Shown: positions 8,926-18,719, numbered from the stretch's first letter. The stretch is DNA of 64,000 nt from Candidatus Binatia bacterium (GCA_963666515.2 OY762897.2:4448001-4512000), one strand, 5' to 3'. A program made the numbers and translations. Notes: generated by a model from the sequence alone, not told the origin.

Positions 8926-10749
8926 TCAGAAAGAGTATTTGATCGTGGCCGTGATGAAATCCCGATCGGCCAGTTCATTCTTGCGGCCGGCGTACCGCGT
9001 GTAGCTCAGGTCGGTCTGCCAGCGGCTGAGATAGTCGGCGCGCACTCCAAGGGTCAGCGCGGTCAGGCCCTCCACGAACGAGCCGCTGGGGGACGGGCTG
9101 TCGCCCTGGAAGTCGTGCCGGAACTGGACGTACGGGAACAGGTTCACCGCGGCGATGACGTTGCTGTAGTCGAGACGTGCCGCCATCCGGTAGCCGAACG
9201 AGGTTGAATCCGCGGCGACGTCGCCGTCCGCGGGAGTCTCAAGCTTCAGTTCGGTCAGTTCCGGCAGGTCGTGCACGTACATCATGGCCACTTCGGTAAT
9301 GAACGCCAGACCGTCCGCTCCCAGCATCGGTCCGAACACTTTCGTGGCGGTGGCTTGTATCTGGCTCACGTCGCGCCTGATGTAGCCGGGGACATCCGAG
9401 TCGAAACCATGGGTGCCCGGGGCGCCGGCGGCGATGCAGGCTTGCGGGTTCGGGAGGCAGCCGAGAAACGGAGCCAAGCCGTCCTTAATCACCTGGGCTT
9501 CCTGTATCTGCAGCGGCGAATCCTGACGGAACGTATATTCCCCTTGCAGCGCCCACCCCAAGGTCCCGAGCTGGGTGTTGAAGCTCAGGCCGAAAAGCTG
9601 GATGTCGTCGGGATACTCGACGAAGTAGTAGCCCTCGTCGATGTAACGGTCGATGCCGTAGATCACCGCAGCCTTTCTCGCCTCTGTCTCGGCATCTTGG
9701 GGAGGCAAGCCCGCGGCGATGAACCGTCGGACGAGGTTTGGCACCGCCGCCTGAATGGCCCCCACGCCGGCTAGGGTGCTTTGCACGGTTCCGGTGTGCG
9801 CCCGCACGGTCGGCAGGCGGCTGTGGTAGTTCATGTAGTAGAAGCCGAATTCGGTGTTGTTCAACTCCTCGGCGAGGTAGCGAAACGCCATCCCCCACTG
9901 GCCCGAGCCACGCGGGTTGCGGTCCGCGCCGCGTGCCGCGTCCAGGAAATTGGGGTCTTGTCCCAATACCACTCCGGCTGCCGCAAGCGCGGGGTAGAGG
10001 TTGGGGTCATCGAGAAATATCTTGTCTGCGCCCGCGCCCACGTAGTCGGTGGTCGAGAAGTAGCTGCCCACGGGGTCGATCTCGGTCTTCTCCCAGCCGA
10101 GTTGATAGAAGCCCTCCACGGACAGGTTGTAGGGCAACTCCACCACCGCCGACACCAGCGGAACCGCTACCAACGCCTCGCGCAACTCTGCGCCCGGAAC
10201 CCTGAGCTTGCTCACGTCGAACGGGTTGACGGCGTTGACGCCATTCTGGATGAACGTGCTCTCGCCCCAGTTCAGAACGTGTTTGCCCGCGCGGATGTCC
10301 ACCGCGGCGCCGCCGAGGTCGAAGGTTGCCGTGCCGTAGGCGTCGAGCAGGTCGATGTCTTTGCCGACTTTGGCCACTGCGGCGTCGGAAAGCGGCTTGT
10401 GCGGGCGGTCGCCGTCTGCGTTCTCGATGTCGTAGAAGCCGCTGGCGCGAAGGAACAGGCCGAAGTTGCGGTAGGCGACATCCAGATCACTGGTGAACTT
10501 GGCGGCGTTGCTGACGATCCCGCGGTCGTAGTTGAGGTTGCCGTCGTTGCCGTTGAGTTCCTCCGACAGTTGCGGCTCATGCTTGCCCACGCGGTAGAGC
10601 ACGCCGTATGACAGTGTCGTGTCGAAGCTCGCCTCGACCTCGCCCGAGCTCAGGTCGAGCGCGGCGGCTGGCGCCACCCACAGAAAGGCACCCATGGCGA
10701 ACGCCAAAGCGGAGAGAACCACAACCTTGCCGATGTGCTTGAGAATCAT
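8926..10749 (-). CDS. DUF1302 family outer-membrane protein
   Basis: Signal peptide; NDGNLNY, WGESTF and NYHSRLP motifs; C-terminal DRDF...YSF beta-barrel signature. Confidence 0.9.
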   Translation of the reverse strand: MILKHIGKVVVLSALAFAMGAFLWVAPAAALDLSSGEVEASFDTTLSYGVLYRVGKHEPQLSEELNGNDGNLNYDRGIVSNAAKFTSDLDVAYRNFGLFLRASGFYDIENADGDRPHKPLSDAAVAKVGKDIDLLDAYGTATFDLGGAAVDIRAGKHVLNWGESTFIQNGVNAVNPFDVSKLRVPGAELREALVAVPLVSAVVELPYNLSVEGFYQLGWEKTEIDPVGSYFSTTDYVGAGADKIFLDDPNLYPALAAAGVVLGQDPNFLDAARGADRNPRGSGQWGMAFRYLAEELNNTEFGFYYMNYHSRLPTVRAHTGTVQSTLAGVGAIQAAVPNLVRRFIAAGLPPQDAETEARKAAVIYGIDRYIDEGYYFVEYPDDIQLFGLSFNTQLGTLGWALQGEYTFRQDSPLQIQEAQVIKDGLAPFLGCLPNPQACIAAGAPGTHGFDSDVPGYIRRDVSQIQATATKVFGPMLGADGLAFITEVAMMYVHDLPELTELKLETPADGDVAADSTSFGYRMAARLDYSNVIAAVNLFPYVQFRHDFQGDSPSPSGSFVEGLTALTLGVRADYLSRWQTDLSYTRYAGRKNELADRDFITATIKYSF

Positions 10750-10878
10750 GCGTAGGCGACTATCACTTTACGATATCGGATGTCAAGTCGGCCCCCACGT
10801 GGTCCGGTGACGCCGCATGTCAATTTCGGTATCATTGGCGCCAGAAATCGGCATAGATGGATGAGAAGGATTCAGGTC

Positions 10879-11472
10879 ATGTCGTATCGGCCTCAAGACG
10901 GGTTCTTTCGCAAGGCCAGGCGCGAGGGTTACCGGTCGCGGGCAGCCTACAAGCTGCTGGAGATCAACCAGCGCTTCCGGGTCATCCGCGCCGGTCACGT
11001 GGTGGTGGACCTTGGCGCCGCGCCCGGCGGATGGCTTCAGGTTGCCGCCGAGCTTGCCGGCCCGAGGGGCCGGGTGCTGGGCTTCGATCTGCAACCGATA
11101 CAACCCCTCCCCGGAGGGAGCGTGCAGGCGTTCGAGCTGGACGTCCTCGCGCAGGACGCCGCGGAGCGCATCGGCGCGCACGCGGGAGGGGCGGTGGACT
11201 GCGTCCTCTCCGACATGGCGCCGCGCCTTTCCGGTATCCGCGACGCGGACCGCCGGCGCGCCCTGGAGCTTGCCCTCGGGGCTTTCGAGATCGCCGGGTC
11301 GATTCTGAGACCCCGCGGCGCGTTCCTGTTCAAGACTTTCGCCGGCACGGACATCGACGCTCTCCTGAAGGAGATGTCGGAGCGTTTCCAGGCGGTGCAG
11401 CGGGCGCGCTCCGCGGCCACGCGCAAGGGTTCGTCGGAAGTCTACGTAGTGGCCAAGGGCTTCAGGGGCTGA
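10879..11472 (+). CDS. rlmE: 23S rRNA Um2552 methyltransferase RlmE/FtsJ
   Basis: YRSRAAYKL, DLGAAPGGW, SDMAP and SSEVY motifs. Confidence 0.93.
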   Translation: MSYRPQDGFFRKARREGYRSRAAYKLLEINQRFRVIRAGHVVVDLGAAPGGWLQVAAELAGPRGRVLGFDLQPIQPLPGGSVQAFELDVLAQDAAERIGAHAGGAVDCVLSDMAPRLSGIRDADRRRALELALGAFEIAGSILRPRGAFLFKTFAGTDIDALLKEMSERFQAVQRARSAATRKGSSEVYVVAKGFRG

Positions 11473-11495
11473 GGAACGCTCCGGGAGATGAGAAA

Positions 11496-13319
11496 CTACT
11501 CCACGGTGACGCTCTTGGCGAGGTTGCGCGGCTGGTCCACGTCGGTGCCCCGGTGGACGGCAATGTGATAGGCCAATAGCTGCATCGGGATGGTCATCAC
11601 CACCGGCGCCAGGTGGTACGGGACCTTGGGGACCACGAGCGTGGACTTCGAGGCCAGGCTCTCGTCGGGCTCGTCGGTGACGACGACCAGGTTGCCGCCC
11701 CGCGCCTCGACTTCCTTCAGGTTGCTGACGGTCTTCGGGTAGTAGTGGTCCCTGGGCAGGATCATCACCACGGGCATGCTTTCGTCGATGAGGGCGATGG
11801 GGCCGTGCTTCATCTCGCCCGCGGGATAGCCCTCGGCGTGGATGTAAGAGATCTCCTTCAGCTTGAGGGCTCCTTCGAGGGCGATGGGGTAGTTGATGCC
11901 CCGGCCCAGGTAGAGGACGTCGCCGGCGTGGCTCAGTCCGTGGGCCAGTTCGGCGACCGGCTCCTCGAGCTTCAGCGCCGCCTCGATCCATCCCGGCAGC
12001 CGCGCAGCGTCCTCCAGCAGCCGGGTGGCGTCATCGGCCCCGAGCTGCCCGTTGAGGCGCCCCAGCCGGACGGCCAGCAGGTAGAGGGCCGTGAGCTGAG
12101 TGGTGAACGCCTTGGTGCTGGCGACGCTGATCTCCGGGCCGGCGTGGGTGTAGAAGACGCCGTCGGACTTCCGCGCCAGGGACGAATCCACGACGTTGCA
12201 GACGGACACGGTCCTGGCGCCCTGGCGGCGTCCCACCTCCAGGGCCGCCAGCGTGTCCGCGGTCTCGCCCGACTGGCTCACCAGGAGCAGCAGCGAGTCC
12301 GGTCCCAGCAGCGGCGTGCGATGGCGGAATTCCGAGCCGTAGTCCACCTCGGCCGGGATGCGCGCCAGCTCCTCGATCAGGAACTTGCCCACCAGCGCCG
12401 CGTGCCACGCGGTCCCGCAGCCCACCAGGTGTATCTTCCGGGTGCTCGCCAGTTGCTCCTCGGTGAGATGGAGTTCCGCCTCGTTGACGCCGCCGGATTC
12501 GAGGGCGATGCGCCCGCGCAGGGTGTCGGTGACGGCCTGGGGCTGCTCGTGGATCTCCTTGAGCATGAAATGCCGGTAGCCGCCTTTTTGCGCGGCCAGG
12601 GCGTCCCAGGTGATCCTCCTGGTCGCCCGCGTCAACGGCCGCGCCCCGGCGTCGAGGATGCGGAAGCCGCCGGCCCGGACCTCGGCGATCTCGCCGTCCT
12701 CCAGGAAGGCCACGTCCCGTGTGTACTCCAGCAACGCCGGGACGTCCGAGGCGATGAAGGTCTCGCCGTCGCCTTCGCCGATGACGATGGGCGAGGCGTT
12801 CTTGGCCACGATGAGCCGGTGGGGGTCACGCCGGCTCAGGAAGACCAGGGCGTAGGAGCCGTGGACTTCGCCGATGGTTTCACGGACGGCGTCGAGCAGG
12901 TCCATTCCCCGCGCCAGCCTGGCCTCCACCAGGTGGGCGACGAGTTCGGTGTCGGTCTCCGAGGCCAGCTCCGCGCCGCGCCCGAGCAGCGCTTCCTTGA
13001 GATCGAGATAGTTCTCGATGATGCCGTTGTGCACCACCACCGTGTCGCCGGCCCGGTGCGGGTGGGCGTTGGCCTCGGACGGGCCGCCGTGGGTGGCCCA
13101 GCGCGTGTGGCCGATGCCGGCGTGGCCCCGGACGGCCGCATCGGCCACGAGGGCCTCGAGCCTGGCGAGCTTCCCTTCCGCGCGCCGCAGCGAGATGTCC
13201 CCGCCGTCCAGGACGGCGATGCCGGCGGAGTCATAGCCGCGGTATTCCAGCTTCTTCAGGCTGTCGATGAGCACCGGGGCGGCGTCTCGGCCGCCGATGT
13301 ATCCTACGATTCCACACAT
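11496..13319 (-). CDS. glmS: Glutamine-fructose-6-phosphate transaminase
   Basis: MCGIVG start; GHTRWATHG; C-terminal PRNLAKSVTVE. Confidence 0.97.
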   Translation of the reverse strand: MCGIVGYIGGRDAAPVLIDSLKKLEYRGYDSAGIAVLDGGDISLRRAEGKLARLEALVADAAVRGHAGIGHTRWATHGGPSEANAHPHRAGDTVVVHNGIIENYLDLKEALLGRGAELASETDTELVAHLVEARLARGMDLLDAVRETIGEVHGSYALVFLSRRDPHRLIVAKNASPIVIGEGDGETFIASDVPALLEYTRDVAFLEDGEIAEVRAGGFRILDAGARPLTRATRRITWDALAAQKGGYRHFMLKEIHEQPQAVTDTLRGRIALESGGVNEAELHLTEEQLASTRKIHLVGCGTAWHAALVGKFLIEELARIPAEVDYGSEFRHRTPLLGPDSLLLLVSQSGETADTLAALEVGRRQGARTVSVCNVVDSSLARKSDGVFYTHAGPEISVASTKAFTTQLTALYLLAVRLGRLNGQLGADDATRLLEDAARLPGWIEAALKLEEPVAELAHGLSHAGDVLYLGRGINYPIALEGALKLKEISYIHAEGYPAGEMKHGPIALIDESMPVVMILPRDHYYPKTVSNLKEVEARGGNLVVVTDEPDESLASKSTLVVPKVPYHLAPVVMTIPMQLLAYHIAVHRGTDVDQPRNLAKSVTVE

Positions 13320-13363
13320 GGATGGCTGGTTGCGTGTGCCCGCGCGGGCGGATCTGAAACGGC

Positions 13364-14752
13364 CTACCGGCTCTTCCGCGCCCGGTAGTCCGCCACCCAG
13401 TCCTGGTAGTGCTGTTGCGGCGCGCGGCTCACGGCCAGGGCGCCGGCGGGAACGTCCTTGGTGATGGTGGAGCCGGCGCCGATGTAGACGTCGTCGCCGA
13501 CCACCACGGGCGCCACGAGCTGGGTGTCGCTGCCGATCTGGACCCGGTCGCCGATGGTGGTCCGGCTCTTGTTGAAGCCGTCGTAGTTGCACGTGATGGT
13601 GCCGGCGCCGATGTTGGATTCCCGGCCGAGCTGGGCATCGCCGATGTAGCTCAGGTGGCTGGCCTTGGTGCCCTCTCCCACGGACGAGTTCTTCACTTCC
13701 ACGAAGTTGCCGATGTGGACGTTGCGCTTGAGCACGGTCCCCGGCCGCAGGTGTGCGAAGGGGCCGACGCTCACTCCCTGCTCGATGTCGCAGTCGTCCA
13801 GCACCACCGAGAAACGCAGGTGGACCTCGTCGGCCAGGCGCACGCCGGTGAGGTAGGCGCTGCCGTCGATGCGGCAGCGGGCCCCCACCACGGTACGGCC
13901 CAGCAGGTGGCTGTTGGGGCCGATGACCGTATCCTCGCCGATGACGGCCTCGGCGTCGATGTAGGTGCTGTCGGGATCCTTGAGGGTCACGCCCCGCTCC
14001 ATCCATTGGCGGTTGATGTCCTGCTGCAATGCCTTTTCCATCCAGGCGAGCTCCTCTCTGTTGTTCACGCCCCGGCATTCGCGCGGGTCGTCAAGGGTGA
14101 CGCTGCCGATGCGGGCCTCCCTTTCGGCGGCGAAGCGGGCGATGTCCGGGAGATAGTACTCTCCCTGATCGTTGTGGTTGTCCAGGGCCGCCAGGGCCGC
14201 GCGAAGGAAGTCCGACGATGCCAGGTAGAGGCCGACGTTGATCTCCCGCACCGCCCTTTCCGCCTCGGTGGCGTCGCGTTCCTCCACCACGCCGGTGACT
14301 TGGCCGTCCGGGCCGCGCACGATCCGGCCGTACCCGGTGGGATCGGCGAGGGTGGCCATCGCCAGGGTGAGGTCGCAGCCCCCCGACCGGTGGGCCGCCA
14401 GCATCCCGCGCAGGCTCCGGCGCGAGAGCAGCGGCACGTCACCGTTGAGGACGAGCACGTCGCCGACGAAATCGCCGAGGGCGCCGGCGGCGCACCGGGC
14501 CGCGTGGCCGGTGCCCAACTGCTCGCGCTGCAGCACCCAGCCGCCGGGGTCCAGTCCCGGCAGAGCCTCCCGGATGCGCTCCGCGCCGTGGCCCACCACC
14601 ACCAGGAGCCGGTCGGGCTCGAGCGCCGCGCAGGTTTCCAGCACGTGCGACAACAGCGGCTTGCCGCCCAGAAGATGCAGCACCTTCGGGGTGGCGGACC
14701 GCATCCGCTTGCCCTGGCCCGCGGCCAGGATGATGACGCCGAGCCCCCCCAT
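13364..14752 (-). CDS. glmU: Bifunctional UDP-GlcNAc pyrophosphorylase/GlcN-1-P acetyltransferase
   Basis: ILAAGQGKRM, QLGTGHA, hexapeptide repeats, NYDG. Confidence 0.96.
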   Translation of the reverse strand: MGGLGVIILAAGQGKRMRSATPKVLHLLGGKPLLSHVLETCAALEPDRLLVVVGHGAERIREALPGLDPGGWVLQREQLGTGHAARCAAGALGDFVGDVLVLNGDVPLLSRRSLRGMLAAHRSGGCDLTLAMATLADPTGYGRIVRGPDGQVTGVVEERDATEAERAVREINVGLYLASSDFLRAALAALDNHNDQGEYYLPDIARFAAEREARIGSVTLDDPRECRGVNNREELAWMEKALQQDINRQWMERGVTLKDPDSTYIDAEAVIGEDTVIGPNSHLLGRTVVGARCRIDGSAYLTGVRLADEVHLRFSVVLDDCDIEQGVSVGPFAHLRPGTVLKRNVHIGNFVEVKNSSVGEGTKASHLSYIGDAQLGRESNIGAGTITCNYDGFNKSRTTIGDRVQIGSDTQLVAPVVVGDDVYIGAGSTITKDVPAGALAVSRAPQQHYQDWVADYRARKSR

Positions 14753-14846
14753 ACGCAGGAGCAACTATAACCCAAGGCCGGTTCTCTGGCCAGAGACGCG
14801 CCGTGCAAGACGTGGCCTCCCGGCCCGCTCCGATCCGCCCCGTTCA

Positions 14847-14875
14847 TTGACAAGCACGTGAATTTCCAATAACTC
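14847..14875 (+). promoter_or_regulatory. sigma70-type promoter
   Basis: TTGACA-17 nt-TAACTC upstream of the 14909 ORF. Confidence 0.55.
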
Positions 14876-14908
14876 TTACCGTACTTCGCTAAAGGTGGTC
14901 GAGTTCGT

Positions 14909-15094
14909 ATGGAAGAACAGTCCGGCTGGTATTATTTCATGGAGATCGTGACCAAACCCGACAACATTCCCATCGTCGGGATGCTGATCCTCGTCCTGTT
15001 CTTTTCCTGGGTCGGCCTGCGGCAAGCTCTCAGGAACGACAGGCTGATCGATGAGGGCCGAGAGGACGAAATCCCTGAAAAGATGTGGAAGTAG
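14909..15094 (+). CDS. Small single-TM membrane protein (61 aa)
   Basis: IVTKPDNIPIV motif, one TM helix, then QALRNDRL; first gene after a promoter; normal codon usage. Confidence 0.7.
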   Translation: MEEQSGWYYFMEIVTKPDNIPIVGMLILVLFFSWVGLRQALRNDRLIDEGREDEIPEKMWK

Positions 15095-15917
15095 CGGTCG
15101 GGGCCTGCGGTCCCTGGCGGTCCTGCTCACGGTTGCGGTCCTGGTCGTTTGCGGGGAGGCGCGTTCCGCGCTGGAGGAGGAAGAGTTGTGGCGGACGGGC
15201 CGAAAGGATGTGGCCGCGAGCAAGTTTGCGGATGCCGGGGAGAAGTTCGGGAAGCTGCTGCAACGATACCCGGATGAGTTGGACCTCCTGCAGATGGCGG
15301 GCCTGACGGCTCTCAGGCGGGGCCAAGTGGAGGCCGCCTGGACCCATGTGAACAAGGCCGTGGCCTTGGCTCCGGACAACACCGAGGCGCTGACGCTGCT
15401 GGGCTGGCTCCACCTGGAGGAGGCCGGCGACGTCGAGGCGGCCCTTGCGACCTACCGCAAGGTGGTTGCGCTCAAGCCCGATTCCTACAAGGCGCACAAC
15501 AACCTGGGCGTGGCGCTCAAGCGCAAGGGCGATCTGGAGCCGGCCGTGCGGAGCTTCTCTCGCGCCCTGGAATTGAAACCGGACTTCGCCCAGGCCGCCG
15601 GCAACCGCGGCTGGGCGTACGTGGAGCAGGGAAACTGGCGGGCGGCACAAGCCGACTTCGAAAAGACCCTGGCTCTGCAACCCGAGGACGAGGGCGCCCT
15701 CTACGGCCTGGCGCGGGTGCGCAAGGAGTTGCGCGACTATTCCGGCGCCCAGGAGGCGCTGGCCGGACTCAGCCGCCAGTCCGGGAACTTCGTCTACTGG
15801 CTCGAATGGGCTACGGTCGGCCTGATACGTTACTACTGGGTGTTCCTGTTGCTGGTTTTGGGTATGTTCTTCTACTTCCGGTACAAGGCAAGGAAAAGGG
15901 TGAAGGTCGATGGCTGA
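15051..15917 (+). CDS. Tetratricopeptide-repeat protein with signal sequence and C-terminal TM anchor (start uncertain)
   Basis: Multiple TPRs (AHNNLGVAL, ALELKPDFAQA); hydrophobic N- and C-termini. Confidence 0.85.
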   Translation: MRAERTKSLKRCGSSGRGLRSLAVLLTVAVLVVCGEARSALEEEELWRTGRKDVAASKFADAGEKFGKLLQRYPDELDLLQMAGLTALRRGQVEAAWTHVNKAVALAPDNTEALTLLGWLHLEEAGDVEAALATYRKVVALKPDSYKAHNNLGVALKRKGDLEPAVRSFSRALELKPDFAQAAGNRGWAYVEQGNWRAAQADFEKTLALQPEDEGALYGLARVRKELRDYSGAQEALAGLSRQSGNFVYWLEWATVGLIRYYWVFLLLVLGMFFYFRYKARKRVKVDG

Positions 15918-16452
15918 AGCTGCAAAACGCAAGGGCACGGCCCTCCTGGCCGTGATGAACGAGAACTGCACCAGTTGCGCCGGGTCGCCGCTGTGCGAGG
16001 TCCACTGCCCGGTGGACGACTGCATCAACCTCCTCTACGAGGAGATGCCCGGAGGCGGCCTCAAGCCCTACCGGGTGTGGGTGGACAACGAAAAGTGCAT
16101 CGGCTGCCAGATGTGCTACAGCGACGACCTCACCAAGATCCACGAGCACAAGACCACCGGCGTGGTCTACTTCGAGTACGGCAACCGCATGTACGACGCC
16201 AACAAGAAGCTCCTGGAGAAGGAGCAGGAGCCCAAAAAGAGCGAGCTCCAACTCATCGGCACCGACTCCGAGGACCGCCTCGACAAGAAGATCTGCCCCT
16301 GGGACGCCATCAGCATGGTGGAATACGAGGACGCCCTCGAACTCTCCAAGCTCTACTACGACCCCGCCCTCATCTCGACCGAAGACGGCGTCTACTCCAT
16401 CGACGACAAGGGCAAGGAAGAGCTGGAGGATAGGCAGATGGAGGGGTTCTAG
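15910..16452 (+). CDS. Atypical 2x[4Fe-4S] ferredoxin-like protein
   Basis: CTSCAGSPLCEVHCP and CIGCQMC...(long insert)...ICPWDAI. Confidence 0.8.
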   Translation: MAEAAKRKGTALLAVMNENCTSCAGSPLCEVHCPVDDCINLLYEEMPGGGLKPYRVWVDNEKCIGCQMCYSDDLTKIHEHKTTGVVYFEYGNRMYDANKKLLEKEQEPKKSELQLIGTDSEDRLDKKICPWDAISMVEYEDALELSKLYYDPALISTEDGVYSIDDKGKEELEDRQMEGF

Positions 16453-16679
16453 ACCTCTTTCATCCCTTGCACGTCCGCTGCTGCCAGGCGCCCACCTGAT
16501 TCGGGTGGACCTTGTGCCGCGTGGCGATTTCCTGGATCGTCTTTTCCCCGCGCAAAGCTTCCAGGGCCACCTTCGCCTTGAAGTCCCCGCTGAATCGTCG
16601 CCGTGTGCTCATCGCGTATCCCTCCTTCTGTCGGTGGAATACAGCTTAGCAACCTGTCCGATTTTAGGGGACCACCTCA
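16453..16679 (-). mobile_element. IS3-family remnant (left end plus truncated, frameshifted orfA)
   Basis: Terminal TGAGGTGGTCCCCTAAAATCGGACA; orfA from 16612 reads MSTRRRFSGDFKAKVALEALRGEKTIQEIATRHKVHPNQV. Confidence 0.8.
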
Positions 16680-17312
16680 CTCGCCGATGGCCACGGGTGT
16701 GGACCGGGTGTGGCTCAGGGTGGTGCGCCCGGCGCCGGTAGGACACGGAGTGGCGCAGGTTGTAGAGATGTCCGTTGGATATCCCCGCCAGGCGCTCGAA
16801 GCGCCCGTCCCCGAACACCTCGTACTGCCGCCGCATCAGCGCCCGCGTCGCTGGCCCTGACATCTGCCCCAACGCCGCGTCCACCTCCGCCAGCAACTCG
16901 ATGTCCTCTCTCCGATAACGACGCTCGAACGGTACTGCCGGCGCCTTCCCCCGCCCATCCTCCACCCGCCCCGTCTCCCGATGCTGCCGTATCCGCCGCG
17001 TCACCTGCGCCCGCGACATCCCCGTCACCTTCCCCATATAGGCCCGCAACACTCCCTTCTCCGCCTTCCCCAGCCCGTGATATCCAAACTGCACCAACGT
17101 CCGCCGTATGAACCCGTGCGCCGACTCCCGGTCCGTTAACTCGAAGTTCACCTCCCCGCTCCCCTCCACGAATCCTCGAACCTGTTCCAACGTCTCCAGC
17201 CGTTCCGTCTCCATCGCCACGATCATCCTCCCTTTCTCCCACATCCCCCGTCTTCAGGCTCACCTCTCCTTGGATTCCACCTCCTCCTTCAGGCTCATGT
17301 CTCGTTGGAAAA
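16680..17312 (-). mobile_element. Truncated integrase-type IS (ISNCY/IS481-like), interrupted by the IS3 remnant
   Basis: N-terminal transposase half from 17226 (LETLEQVRGF...KVTGMSRAQVTR...ISNGHLYNLR); no catalytic domain; two subterminal direct repeats CTTCAGGCTCA-N7-TTGGA at 17252 and 17287. Confidence 0.75.
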
Positions 17313-17351
17313 CTCTCCGAGTTGACTTCCAGGGCGTATCCGTCCTACTCT

Positions 17352-17490
17352 CACCCCCGCAACGACTACGCGGAGCCCGTGTGTCGGGTCATCCGTGAAA
17401 TACAAGAACCCTCGCACGGGCACGGGGTAGCTCCCCGTTCCCTGGTGAATACGCGGAACAACTCCAACACTCCGTTGTAGTCGTTGCACT
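17352..17490 (+). ncRNA. Candidate structured non-coding RNA
   Basis: Closing stem GCAACGACTAC (17359-69) / GTAGTCGTTGC (17477-87) plus CGGAG/CTCCG and two internal hairpins; upstream TTGACT-18-TACTCT. Confidence 0.4.
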
Positions 17491-17592
17491 GGCCCGGCAA
17501 TCCCGCCGCGCCACGGCTCAGCAACGGCGCTCGCCCATCGGGATCGATTCAACGGAACACCCACCGGGTTTCCCGCCGAAGGAGATGTTGCC

Positions 17593-18171
17593 ATGTGTGC
17601 CTTTCTTGCCACCCTAGCGGGGTCTTTTCTACTTTTCATCGTTACCGGCACTGCCATTGCCGCTTGCTCTGACCGAGTGGACGTTTCCAAGGTTACGGGT
17701 ATCGACGCGGCGAAGCTTGTCGAGGTCATTTGCAGTGCATCCGTCATGCGCGCGGTCCTGGAATCGGCCGAAGTACGGAACAGCATGATCGGCCCGAACG
17801 GCGAGGACCTCTTCGCCAAGCGGCTGGCCGAAGTCAAAGCGGGCAAGGGCGGGTCGGATGAAGAGACGGTCTGGGCGCCTTCGGCAAAGTCGGTCAGAAT
17901 CGACTTCCGCGCCCGTGGAATCTGGGCCTCCTCCAACGAGAAGCTTCGAGAGAAGATCGAGCAGTACATGGCGGAGACATATATCGCCCTTTTCAGCCAA
18001 CCAGTGGCCTTGTGGTCCGTGAAGATCGCGGCGCTCTATCCGCTGGAGGACGGGAAGGAAGGCATCGTCTATGGGACACATGTCTTGAATCGGGAAGGTC
18101 GATTTGGCCCCGGCTCGCTGCCCAAGTCCTGGAAGGTCTGGCACATGAACCGTTCCTTGCGCGGACGCTAG
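17593..18171 (+). CDS. Hypothetical exported protein (possible lipoprotein)
   Basis: AAGGAG RBS; hydrophobic N-terminus ending IAAC; no recognised family. Confidence 0.6.
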   Translation: MCAFLATLAGSFLLFIVTGTAIAACSDRVDVSKVTGIDAAKLVEVICSASVMRAVLESAEVRNSMIGPNGEDLFAKRLAEVKAGKGGSDEETVWAPSAKSVRIDFRARGIWASSNEKLREKIEQYMAETYIALFSQPVALWSVKIAALYPLEDGKEGIVYGTHVLNREGRFGPGSLPKSWKVWHMNRSLRGR

Positions 18172-18196
18172 GGTTACGCGTGGACGGACGGAAGCA

Positions 18197-18601
18197 GTGA
18201 TCATTCTCATCCTGCTGTTCCTATCGGGGATGGCTCACGGCGTGGGGATCGAGGTTCCGGCCCGCGTCGTGAGCGTGTACGACGGCGACACGGTGAGGGT
18301 GGAGGCGACCATGTGGCCGGGTCTCACCTGGAATGGCAGCGTTCGCGTCCGCGGCGTCGATACTACGGAACTCCGGGGCAAATGCGCGGTGGAGAAGGTC
18401 CGGGCTCAAGCGGCCCGTGACTTTGTGCGCGCCCGGATCGGCAAGCGGGTGATGCTGGTCGATGTCAGGAAGGGAAAGTACGCCGGCCGCGTGGTCGCGG
18501 GAATCAGGCTGGCGGATGGATCAGACCTGACCGACTTGCTGATCCAGGAAGGCCACGGCCGCCCCTACAACGGGGGGCGGCGACGGGGGTGGTGCTTGTG
18601 A
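18197..18601 (+). CDS. Thermonuclease (SNase-like) family protein
   Basis: VYDGDT, VRVRGVDTTE and KYAGRVVA motifs; signal peptide. Confidence 0.88.
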   Translation: MIILILLFLSGMAHGVGIEVPARVVSVYDGDTVRVEATMWPGLTWNGSVRVRGVDTTELRGKCAVEKVRAQAARDFVRARIGKRVMLVDVRKGKYAGRVVAGIRLADGSDLTDLLIQEGHGRPYNGGRRRGWCL

Positions 18602-18719
18602 CCTTGAGCTGACTTCTGGTAGGGTTCCCCGATGTCTACAATTCCACTTGATCCGTAGCGTCCTGGCTGCCTCCTATGTCGGTTTATCAGCGGTTGAGGG
18701 TACCACGTTTGCGATAGAA

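Noticed and set aside
11473-11520. attTn7 at the 3' end of glmS
   Set aside because: Site is empty: rlmE converges 23 nt away and there are no Tn7 ends or tns genes
17352-17490. Retron msr-msd or group II intron domain V interpretation of the structured region
   Set aside because: No reverse transcriptase in the window, and the domain V geometry does not fit
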